Below, in pieces: positions 1 to 10,200 of a DNA stretch of 32,162 nt. Under the pieces are notes generated by a model that was not told where the DNA came from, searched no databases, and saw only the letters and a list, made by a program, of their open reading frames with translations. Numbering within the stretch: position 1 is the first letter of the stretch; each line of letters opens with the position of its first letter. This DNA comes from Desulfurococcaceae archaeon (lineage in GTDB: Archaea; Thermoproteota; Thermoprotei_A; Sulfolobales; Desulfurococcaceae). The position numbers and the translations under genes were made by a program. The stretch spans positions 1 through 32,162 of the forward strand of contig JAWAJB010000007.1 of assembly GCA_038888155.1 (NCBI GenBank), written 5' to 3'.

Positions 1-3000
1 TGCTAACAACACTACCATTCGACGGACTAGTAATAACTATTGTTGGTAATGTATTATCGACTATTACTGTTATTGAGTGGCTGGCAGTGTTTCCTACTTT
101 GTCATATGCTCTAGCTTCAATTGTGTGAGATCCATCAGTTACTTGTGTTGTATCCCAGTTATATGTCATTGTTCCTGTTATTGTCCAAGTGTACTTAAGA
201 ACGTCATCTATGTATAATTCGCATTTGTCTGGATTTGCATCATTCCATGTCACTTGTATTGTCACTACGCCCCGAACATGTGTTCCATCTGTTGGTGCGT
301 CTATGTGGACGTATGGTAGTGTGTTATCAACTATTACTGTTATTGAATGGCTGGCAGTATTTCCAGCCTTATCATATGCTCTAGCTTCAATTGTATGAGG
401 TCCGTCAGCTACTCGTGTTGTATCCCAGTTGTATGTTACTGCTCCTGTTATCGTCCAAGTATACGTGAGGACTCCATCTATGTATAATTCGCATTTGTCT
501 GGATTTGCATCATTCCACGTTACTTGTATTGTTACAGTACCTCGAACGTATGCTCCATCTAATGGTGCGTCTACGTGGACATATGGTAATGTATTATCAA
601 CTATGACCGTTATTGAGTGGCTAGCAATGTTTCCAGCCTTATCATATGCCTTAGCTTCAATTGTATGAGACCCATCAGTTACTTGTGCTGAATCCCAGTC
701 GTACGTCACTGTTCCTGCTGTTGTCCATGTGTATTTGAGGGTTCCATCTATATATAGTTCGCATTTGTCTGGATTTGCATCATTCCACGTTACTTGTATT
801 GTTACAGTACCTCGAACGTATGCTCCATCTAATGGTGCATCTATGTGGACTGTTGGTAATGTATTATCAACTATTACTGTTATCGAGTGACTAGCAGTAT
901 TTCCAGCTTTATCATACGCTCTTGCCTCAATTGTATGAGGTCCATCAGCTACTTGTGTCGTGTCCCAGTCATATGTTACTGCTCCTGTTGTTGTCCAAGT
1001 ATACGTGAGGATTCCATCAATGTAAAGTTCGCATTTGTCTGGGTTCGCATCGTTCCACGTAACTTGTATTGCTACTATACCGCGAACGTATGCTCCATCC
1101 AATGGTGCGTCTATGTGAACTGTTGGTAGTGTATTGTCAACAATTACTGTTATTGAGTGACTAGCAGTGTTTCCTACTTTGTCATATGCCACAGCTTCAA
1201 TTGTGTGAGATCCATCAGTTACTTGTGTTGTGTCCCAGCTGTATGTTACTGTTCCTGTTGTTGTCCAAGTGTATTTGAGGGTTCCATCTATATATAGTTC
1301 GCACTTGTCTGGATTTGCATCACTCCACGTTACTTGTATTGTTACAATGCCTCGAACATATGCACCATCTAATGGTGCATCTATGTGGACGTATGGTAGT
1401 GTATTATCAACTATCACTATTATTGAATGACTAGCAATGTTTCCAGCCTTGTCATATGCCACAGCTTCAATTGTGTGGGATCCGTCAGCTACCTGTGTTG
1501 TATTCCAGCTGTACGTTACTGTTCCTGTTGTTGTCCACATGTATTTGAGAGTTCCGTCGATGTAAAGCTCGCATTTATCTGGATTAGCATCGTTCCATGT
1601 TACTTGTATTGTCGTTACACCGCGAACATATGCTCCATCTAATGGCGCGTCTATGTGGACTGTTGGTAATGTATTATCAACTATCACTGTTATTGAATGA
1701 CTGGCAGCATTCCCAGCCTTATCATATGCCCTAGCTTCGATCGTGTGGGATCCGTCAGCTACCTGTGTTGTGTCCCAGTTGTATGTTACCGTTCCTGTTG
1801 TTGTCCAAGTATACTTGAGGACTCCATCAATGTAAAGTTCGCATTTGTCTGGATTAGTATCACTCCACGTCACTTGTATTGTTACTACGCCATGAACATA
1901 TGCTCCATCTAATGGTGCATCTATGTGAACTGTTGGTATTGTATTGTCTACGGTGGCTGTTATTGAGTGGCTGGCGATATTTCCAGCCTTATCATATGCT
2001 TTAGCTTCAATTGTATGAGATCCATCAATTACTTGTGTTGTATCCCAGTTATATGTTACTGTTCCTGCTGTCGTCCATGTATATTTAAGGGTTCCATCAA
2101 TGTATAGCTCACATCTATCTGGGTTTGCATCGTTCCATGTTACTTGTATCGTCGTTATGCCACGGATGTATGCTCCATCTGTTGGTGCATCTATGTGAAC
2201 ATATGGTAGTGTGTTATCGACGATGACTGTTATTGAGTGGCTGGCGATATTTCCAGCCTTATCATATGCCTTTGCTTCAATTGTATGAGATCCATCAGCT
2301 ACTTGTGTTGTGTCCCAGCTGTACGTTACTGTTCCTGTTGTTGTCCAAGTGTATTTGAGGGTTCCATCAATGTAAAGTTCGCATTTGTCTGGGTTTGCAT
2401 CGTTCCACGTCACTTGTATCGTCGTTATACCACGGACGTATGCTCCATCTATTGGTGCGTCTATGTGGACTGTTGGTAATGTATTATCAACAATTACTGT
2501 TATTGAGTGGCTGGCAGTATTTCCAGCCTTATCATATGCCTTTGCTTCAATTGTATGAGATCCATCAGCTACTTGTGTTGTATCCCAGTTGTATGTCACT
2601 GTTCCTGCTGTTGTCCAGGTGTACTTGAGAGTTCCGTCAATGTAAAGCTCGCATTTGTCTGGGTTTGCATCATTCCATGTTACTTGTATTGTTACAGTAC
2701 CTCGAACGTATGCTCCATCTGTTGGTGCATCTATGTGGACGTATGGTGGAGTTGTATCTACTGTTATTGTTATGTAGTCTACCGCAGCATTTGCTGCACG
2801 GTCTATAGCTTTGACATATATTGTGTATTGCCCATCAGATAGATTTACGAATGTGTAGGATGTTGCGGTTCCAGCATTTATCCATCCTGAGTCCCATGTT
2901 GAGTTGGTGCATCTGACTTCATAATGATCTATTCCGCTTAAGCCATCACTGCCGGTCCATGTCACTGTAACATCTCTGCTGGGAATGTATGAACCACTTG

Positions 3001-4075
3001 CTGGGCTTGTTATGGTAACTGTTGGTGGTGTCAAATCGACTCCGAACTGTACGCTTGCTATTTGAGCATTCCCTGCGCGATCTACTGCTTTCACCTCTAC
3101 TGTATGAGTTCCCTCAGCCAGATTTGTGAACGTATACGATGTGCTTGTTCCAACGTTTATCCATGATCCTCCATCGATCCTAACTTCATAGTGGTCAATG
3201 CCGCTCAATGTATCGCTTGCAGTCCAGTACACGGTTATATTCCTTATGTTAAACCATGCTCCAGTCTGGGGACTTGTTATTGTTACTGTTGGAGCCTGTG
3301 TGTCTATTGTGAATGTAACCATATCAAAGTTTGCATTTCCTGCCTTATCTATAACAAGCACTGTTGCATTATGATAACCATCTGATAGTGTTACTGTGTA
3401 TGATGTATTCAATCCAACGTTTATCCAGGGACCGTTATCTATACTTATCTCGTAGTGGTCTATCTCATAATTATCTGATCCAGACCACTGTATTGTTATT
3501 GTACTCGTTCCTATATATTGATCGGTCGTGGGATACGTTATCGTCACAGTCGGTGGCGTGTTATCAACTATGAACCTGTAGTATGCACTATTCGTGTTTC
3601 CTGAGGTATCATTGGCCCAAACAGTTACATTTTTTGGACCGTCAGTGTACTGTGTCGTATCCCAATTATATGTGAATGTTCCTCCTCCAGACCATGCCGC
3701 TACCATACTTCCCTCGATATACAGTATTGTCTTACTAACTGCTACATTGTCTGATGATTCAATCGTTAGAGGAGTTGTTCTCGAAACATATGATCCATTT
3801 GGTGGTGTCGTTATTCGCACAGTTGGTGGTGTTGTATCTCCTTCTTGTTTTATCGCAACTTTTGGCTTTTGTGCTTCACTGTTTTTTACAATAACTTTAT
3901 ATCCAGCGGCTTCAAATATTCTTGCGAATGCGATCGCCAGTACCTCAGAACCTTCAATTATGACAGTACCCCTATACCTTGGCTTTTGTATATCCTGGGC
4001 ATATGAATAGGCTGTCGATATTACCCCCACTAGGAGGATGGATATTATGAATAGTCTCATTACTTCTCCTTTCAT
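1..4075 (-). CDS. Giant secreted Ig-like (Big) repeat protein, 3'-partial (>=1358 aa, runs off left edge)
   Basis: Absent from ORF track. Manual translation from ATG at 4075 (GGTGA SD upstream): MKGEVMRLFIISILLVGVISTAYSYAQ signal peptide, then tandem DxTPPTVxITxP...AxDxAGN Ig-like domains. Frame is still open at the edge (DNTLPTIVITSPSNGSVVS). Confidence 0.93.
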   Translation of the reverse strand, partial: MKGEVMRLFIISILLVGVISTAYSYAQDIQKPRYRGTVIIEGSEVLAIAFARIFEAAGYKVIVKNSEAQKPKVAIKQEGDTTPPTVRITTPPNGSYVSRTTPLTIESSDNVAVSKTILYIEGSMVAAWSGGGTFTYNWDTTQYTDGPKNVTVWANDTSGNTNSAYYRFIVDNTPPTVTITYPTTDQYIGTSTITIQWSGSDNYEIDHYEISIDNGPWINVGLNTSYTVTLSDGYHNATVLVIDKAGNANFDMVTFTIDTQAPTVTITSPQTGAWFNIRNITVYWTASDTLSGIDHYEVRIDGGSWINVGTSTSYTFTNLAEGTHTVEVKAVDRAGNAQIASVQFGVDLTPPTVTITSPASGSYIPSRDVTVTWTGSDGLSGIDHYEVRCTNSTWDSGWINAGTATSYTFVNLSDGQYTIYVKAIDRAANAAVDYITITVDTTPPYVHIDAPTDGAYVRGTVTIQVTWNDANPDKCELYIDGTLKYTWTTAGTVTYNWDTTQVADGSHTIEAKAYDKAGNTASHSITVIVDNTLPTVHIDAPIDGAYVRGITTIQVTWNDANPDKCELYIDGTLKYTWTTTGTVTYSWDTTQVADGSHTIEAKAYDKAGNIASHSITVIVDNTLPYVHIDAPTDGAYIRGITTIQVTWNDANPDRCELYIDGTLKYTWTTAGTVTYNWDTTQVIDGSHTIEAKAYDKAGNIASHSITATVDNTIPTVHIDAPLDGAYVHGVVTIQVTWSDTNPDKCELYIDGVLKYTWTTTGTVTYNWDTTQVADGSHTIEARAYDKAGNAASHSITVIVDNTLPTVHIDAPLDGAYVRGVTTIQVTWNDANPDKCELYIDGTLKYMWTTTGTVTYSWNTTQVADGSHTIEAVAYDKAGNIASHSIIVIVDNTLPYVHIDAPLDGAYVRGIVTIQVTWSDANPDKCELYIDGTLKYTWTTTGTVTYSWDTTQVTDGSHTIEAVAYDKVGNTASHSITVIVDNTLPTVHIDAPLDGAYVRGIVAIQVTWNDANPDKCELYIDGILTYTWTTTGAVTYDWDTTQVADGPHTIEARAYDKAGNTASHSITVIVDNTLPTVHIDAPLDGAYVRGTVTIQVTWNDANPDKCELYIDGTLKYTWTTAGTVTYDWDSAQVTDGSHTIEAKAYDKAGNIASHSITVIVDNTLPYVHVDAPLDGAYVRGTVTIQVTWNDANPDKCELYIDGVLTYTWTITGAVTYNWDTTRVADGPHTIEARAYDKAGNTASHSITVIVDNTLPYVHIDAPTDGTHVRGVVTIQVTWNDANPDKCELYIDDVLKYTWTITGTMTYNWDTTQVTDGSHTIEARAYDKVGNTASHSITVIVDNTLPTIVITSPSNGSVVS
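41..2740 (-). repeat. Ten tandem 270-bp coding repeats (90-aa Ig-like unit)
   Basis: Unit boundaries recur at 41, 311, 581, 851, 1121, 1391, 1661, 1931, 2201, 2471, 2741. Typical unit: VHIDAPLDGAYVRGTVTIQVTWNDANPDKCELYIDGTLKYTWTTTGTVTYNWDTTQVADGSHTIEAKAYDKAGNTASHSITVIVDNTLP. Confidence 0.95.
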
Positions 4076-4094
4076 GGCAAGTCACCGCATTTTG

Positions 4095-4140
4095 GCCCCT
4101 GCGCGGCTTTCTACCGCAGCAGGGGCATAAGATTATCTTA
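4095..4140 (-). promoter_or_regulatory. GC-rich leader hairpin plus adjacent palindrome upstream of the Ig-repeat gene
   Basis: GCCCCTGC-GCGG-ctttcta-CCGC-a-GCAGGGGC at 4095-4126 and TAAGAT-t-ATCTTA at 4128-4140. Confidence 0.45.
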
Positions 4141-4175
4141 GTATAGAGCCTGCTAGGTTGTCCTTGGATTTTGAG

Positions 4176-4206
4176 AAGGAGAAAAAATAAAAAAGAAAAG
4201 AAAGGG
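4176..4206 (-). terminator. U-rich archaeal terminator after the S8 protease gene
   Basis: Minus strand reads CCCTTTCTTTTCTTTTTTATTTTTTCTCCTT directly after the stop codon. Confidence 0.6.
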
Positions 4207-4207
4207 A

Positions 4208-7200
4208 TTATCTGGGTGGCTTAGTTAAGTAGGGTGAGTAGGCTAGAACTAGTATCTTCACAATCATTGTAGAGTGGCTTTTTGCTGAGTCTCTTATAAC
4301 TGGAATCCGAATAGAATTAGTCTGTATCGTTTCTGCTTGATATGTTTCTCGGTGCTTTTCTCTATAATCTATCGGGGTTAGAGTTGTTATTTTCTTTGTC
4401 GTTTCATTTATGGATGCAGGTTTTTCTGTAATGTATTTGATCTCGACTACCTCGCTATGCGTAGCTTCGGTAATTTTCGGTGCTTCATTCTCAGTAGTGA
4501 TTAGAGCTGTGCTATCGCCTTCAGTAGTTGTTATATCTTCTATGATGGTTGTTTCTAAGTTTGGCTTCTCAAAGGTAGGAGCCTCAGGTTCAGGAACAGA
4601 TGATCCGGATATCACTACCACGAATATGACAGTTCTTAAAGTTCTATGGCCAGCAGTGTCGACGGCAGTAACATAGACTACATGCGGACCATCTAGGAGA
4701 CCAGTAAACGTATAACTTGTTGTAGTAGTCTTAATCCATTCTCCAGAGTCTAATCTAACGAGATAGTAAGCAATATCTGTTGAACTGCTGCTCCATGTAA
4801 CAGCTACGGTTCCACTCGCTATTATGGCTCCGTCGGCTGGACTTGTTATTTCTAGGTCCGGTGGTGTGAGGTCAACCTTTATCGTTATGGTAACTTCCGC
4901 ATAATTTCTTAGGGTATCATAAGCTCTAATGGTTATTGTGTGAATACCCTCTCCGAGGCTGAGATAATAACTAGTTGCCTTTCCAACACGTATGAACTGT
5001 CCAGAGTCCACCTTTACTTCATAGTATGCTATTCCAGATGAGTCCGAACCTGTCCAGGATACTGTTATATCTCCTGTGCTCAGTACGGCTCCGTCACTTG
5101 GATATGATACTGTTATCGTTGGTGCAGTTCTATCAACAATAAGTATTGCATAGGATTGTTTATAGTTTCCGCTTCTATCGAAAGCGCGTACATAAATAGT
5201 ATATCTTCCCTCAGATAACGTGCCCGTGTCAATAGTATAGCTAGTACTACTGCCAATGTTAATCCAGGATGACCCGATCCCGATCTCGTAGTGGTCAATT
5301 CCGCTGAGTGCATCGTTGCCACTCCATGCTACAGAGACTTGAGTCGTTTGTGAATTTGCTATTAACGTTGTTGTTTGCAGGGTTAGTGCAGGTGGTGTCA
5401 GGTCAATGACAATTATTAGGGAGTCCTGACCAATGCTGCCAGTAGAGCCCATTGCAACAACAGTTATATTATAAATTCCTTCCGATAATGAGAGCGTGTA
5501 ACTCGTGCTGGTTGTGCTACCTATGTACGTACCATTGACGTATATCTCGTAGTAGTTTGCAGAAGTGGAAGTCCAAGAGATCGTGGCAGTATTACTTGCA
5601 ACATAGGCAGCTTGTGTTGATGGATCCCTTCCTGGATTGACGATTCTGAAGACGCCTATCGAAAACGTTACATAAGTAACTTTAGCGTTTCCAACGTTGT
5701 CGTATGCTCTAACTTCAACAGTATAGTCCCCGCCTGCTAGGTTAGCAAAAGTATATGATGTGCTTGTTCCAACGTTTATCCATCCCGAATCCCACGTGCT
5801 GTTATAGCAACGGACTTCATAGTGGTTTATCCCGCTCAATGCATCAGATCCAGACCACTCTACAGTAACTGTATTTGAAGATGTTGTAGAACCATTTTGC
5901 GGGCTTGTGATACTAACTGTTGGTGGTGTTACGTCAACACCCACTGTTATTGTGCTTGTTGCAGTGTTCCCTGCCATGTCTACAGCTTTTACTTCTATCG
6001 TATGTGTTCCTTCAGCCAGATTTGTGAATGTGTATGATGTGCTTGTACCAACATTTATCCATGATCCTCCATTAATTCTAATCTCATAGTGATGAATACC
6101 ACTTAATGAGTCGCTACCGGACCACGTTACTGTTACATCCCTAGTGTTATACCAGGTCCCACTCGGCGGACTCGTAACGCTGACTGTTGGTGGTGTTACG
6201 TCAACACCCACCGTTACTGTGCTTGTTGCAGTGTTTCCTACCTTGTCTACAGCCTTTACTTCTACCGTATGTGTTCCTTCAGCCAGATTTGTGAATGTGT
6301 ATGATGTGCTCGTCCCAACATTTATCCATGATCCTCCATCAATTCTGATCTCATAATGATCTATTCCACTTAATGAGTCGCTACCGGACCACGTTACTGT
6401 TACATCCCTAGTGTTAAGCCAAGTCCCGCTGGACGGACTTTCGATGCTGACTGTTGGTGGTATTCTATCAAGGCCTATCGTTACTGTGCTTGTTGCTGTA
6501 TTTGTTGCTCTATCATATGTCTTTACAGTTACTGTATATGATCCATCAGTGGGTAGGGTTATTGTATATGATGTGTTTAGGCCGACGTTGATCCATCCAC
6601 TATCATATGATCCTCCCACCACCCTAATCTCGTGGTGATCTAGTTCGAAGTTATCGCTAGCACTCCATTGTATCGTAATTGCAGGTGTAGTATACCAGGT
6701 CCCACTCGGCGGACTCGTAATACTAACTGTTGGTGGTGTTGAATCAGCCCAGAATGTTACCTCTTTATAGGCGTATTGCCCGGCACTATCTGCTACGCGA
6801 ATTCTCACAGTATGTAATCCATCAGACAATCCAGTTATTGTATAACTCCTCTGGACGGATGTTTGTGTTCCAGACTCATCTATTGTAGCTATTAGATTGC
6901 CATCAAGATATACAGCGTGAGATGCTATGTCGTAGTCATCTGTAGCATTCCAGACTACAGTAATGCTCCCAGTATTAGTTCCAACATCCGGCGGAGGACT
7001 AACTATGACCACCTCTGGAGGGATGTCGTAGCCTAGGTATATTAGTGTACGCTTCATAGCATCCTTTCTAGCATCCCTAGAGTTTATTGCCTCGAATGGA
7101 AATGCAAAATACACAGTCCTATACGTTCCACTGTCATGCACTATAGCAGCATTTAGACCATTATGATATTTGAGAGCTATTGCCTCCGTACCTGGGGCAT

Positions 7201-10200
7201 CATATAGATTAACGTAGTCTGGAGCGGCGTTATTATTGGCACCATCCCCACCAGATAGATAATATGTTACTCCATAAAATACAGTACCTGTCTGGCCAAT
7301 CACAGTGCTAGAGGCAGCACTATCACCTACGTAATTAGCCGCCAAGTATGTATTCATGAAGGAGTTACCAGCGCCCAGATCATATCCTATGTCTTGACCT
7401 GAGATGAAAAGCTTTTTACCACCACTTAGATATGTTCCTAGGTTCGTCTGGTCGGTTGTTGTTAGTGTAGTTTGATAGTCATCTCCTGTGAACCAAATTA
7501 CGAACGGGTAGCTCCCCAAAACAGTTGTGCCTGGTCCATTTGCTCCACTTGGAACCGAATAGTAATCGTAGTCTATTGCTAGGTCTTCTAGTGCTTTCTT
7601 GTAGTATGCCTCGTAGCTTGCTCCGGCATCATCGTCCACTAGGAGTACCTTAGCTGGGTAGTTATCGACAAATATCTCCACGATGTTTGACCATCCAAAG
7701 TTTCCTTCGTTATCTACTGCTTTAGCCCTAAGAACGTGCTGGCCCTCAGACAGCGCTGTCGTGTCGACGCTAGCTTCCCATTTGCCAGTTGCACTATTGT
7801 ACGTCATACTTCTTGGGCTTCCACCATCAATGTATAGAGTTACACTAGTCACATAGCCTGGTGATACATCACTTGCACTAACCTGTACAGTTATAGTACC
7901 GCTGACTGTTGAGCCTGTTGTTGGGCTTGTTATTGTACATGTTGGTGGGTTTATCTGCTCATATGATTCAAGTTGGAATGCTCCATAACCAGATATCTGC
8001 TTTATCGTTAGTATGTACCAGCCAGATGTGCTTGGAGTGTATACTATAGCTTCATCCCCACCTTCTGACGTTACATTGCTCCAAGCTACTAATAATGGTT
8101 CACCCCATGTACCATATGGTGATGTTGTGGCCGGTTTTGGATCCCAGGCCCAGAGGTATATGTCGAAGTCTGCTGTTCCTGGAACGGTTAACTCGAATGT
8201 ATATGTGTGTCCGGCGGTTAGGTATACCTTCCTAGCCCAAACATGTCTTGAGAATGGGTCTGAGTATAAGCCTTCAGCAACATAAGTCCCTATAGTATAC
8301 TCTTTCGTTACAGCATCAACGGCAGCATCTATCTGCAATAATCCAAAACCTTCCTCAGGATCCTTACCACCCCTATTCTTAGTCGCAATCTCCCAGGCGG
8401 TAGCACATAATATTGCCTTTATCTGGGCGGCTGCGGCAGCAGTCTTAGGCCAATTCGCCCAGCCACCATAAAGTGCTGATATCAGTAGTGCAACAGCACC
8501 AGTAACATGCGGAGTTGCCATAGAGGTACCTTCAAATATTGCCAAATCATATGTGTATCTCTCGGTCCAACCATAAGCAGATTTGCTTACAGTTACGCTA
8601 CCAGTAGAACTTACAGAATATATCTCTACTTCGTCGTCGTATGTCGTATCTATGGACATGACTGTTCCGTCACTCTCGCCACCAACAGCAGCGATGTCAG
8701 GTTTTGTAGTATTACCCAATGTGCTTCCAGAGCCCGGACCCCTGGATGAATATGAGGTTATTCTTACGCTCCCTGACGTGCCTGAAGTCGCCGCAGCCAC
8801 TGTTATTGCAGCGTCTGATAGTCCTGGAGATCCAGATATAGTATTAGAATCTGGCCCTTCATTTCCAGCCGCAGCAACAGCAACAATACCATTTTTAACT
8901 AGATTTATAACAGCACTGTTAATTGTTGCACTAACGTATCCAGCTCCACTTCCAAAGCTCATCGATGCAGCAACTATGCGATATGTGTCCCTGTTAGTTA
9001 TTGCCCAGTTAATCCCATTCACAATACCTGTCGAAGTTCCATTTCCGACATTATTCAAGACTTTGATTCCCACGAGTTTGGTCCTGGGTGCAACACCAGA
9101 GATTATGCCATACTCACCACTCGGATAGTATACATGAACATAGACACGATATGCAGACCCTACATAAGCATTGGTTGTTCGCGTAACGACCCATCTTAAG
9201 CGCCATACAAACCTCCAGATGCCGGGTTGTGTCACGCCATAATCTATGGGTCTGAATCTCACAAGCATCTGGTTTGTATTAGTGTTTAGATCGCCAGCTC
9301 CATTATCATAAATTACTGCAGCCAGTGTTCCATCTGGTCTATATATTACAGTTGCATTAACGTTTGCTGAATTACCTGTTGAGACTATAGCTCGGAATCG
9401 CGGCCACTCTATTTCCACTTCAGAGTTGACGTCAGGTATGTATACATAGAATGAAAATCCAGGGTAAAAGGTACCTGAACCGAGAAGAGAGGCGTCGTAT
9501 CTTATACCAAGTCCGTCTGTAAATACTAGTCTTCCTTGTGAGTCTACGGCTGTCACAGATACGTTGGATCCAACTGCTATTCCTGCACAGTGTGATCCAT
9601 GACCATTGTCGTCGACTGGTGATGTTGTCGTACCTACTTGGTCTGACCACCCAACAACTTTATATGTGTCATCGTTCCAGACTGCTGGGTTTGTTGCTGC
9701 ACTACTCCATCCATTGGTCATTGGGTGGTTTGCTGATACTCCAGTGTCCAATATTGCTATTGAGAAGTCTCTGGCGCTAGGTATTCCTATACTGTTTATT
9801 AGTGTTCCCCATACCCTATTTGCACCAATGGTTTTTGTTGAGAATACTAGTGTATACTTGACTTCAAAGTCTGGCTCTATAATTGCTATTGTTGGATGTT
9901 TTGCTAGTATTGGTATGTATTTTGCCTTTATTTTTCCAGCGAACCCCTTAACTGCATGCTCCCAAACACTCGTCACTATTCCACCCATTGATTTGAACTT
10001 TTCAATCGCCTCTCTATCATCGGTTGTTAATAGTACAATAACTACAATTTCCTCATCCTCATTTTTCATCTGCTCCTCTAGTTTGTCATGCAACTTGTTA
10101 GCATTCCTATCAACCTGCCTTATTATGTTCCAGTCAATATAGTACCTCGGCTCAATACTATCATAGTCTGGCACAGTGACGTAATCTATAACCTTATCCC

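Noticed and set aside
41-2740. Possible CRISPR array or DGR template/variable repeats
   Set aside because: Units are in-frame coding repeats without unique spacers; variation is mostly synonymous and no cas or reverse transcriptase gene is in the window.
189-4010. Many short plus-strand ORFs in the track, some Cys-rich
   Set aside because: Antisense shadows of the minus-strand Ig-repeat gene; they recur with the 270-bp period and lack SD sites.
4082-4126. In-frame ATG-CGG-TGA plus hairpin as selenocysteine readthrough
   Set aside because: The TGA is part of the GGTGA SD and the hairpin does not show a recognisable SECIS core.
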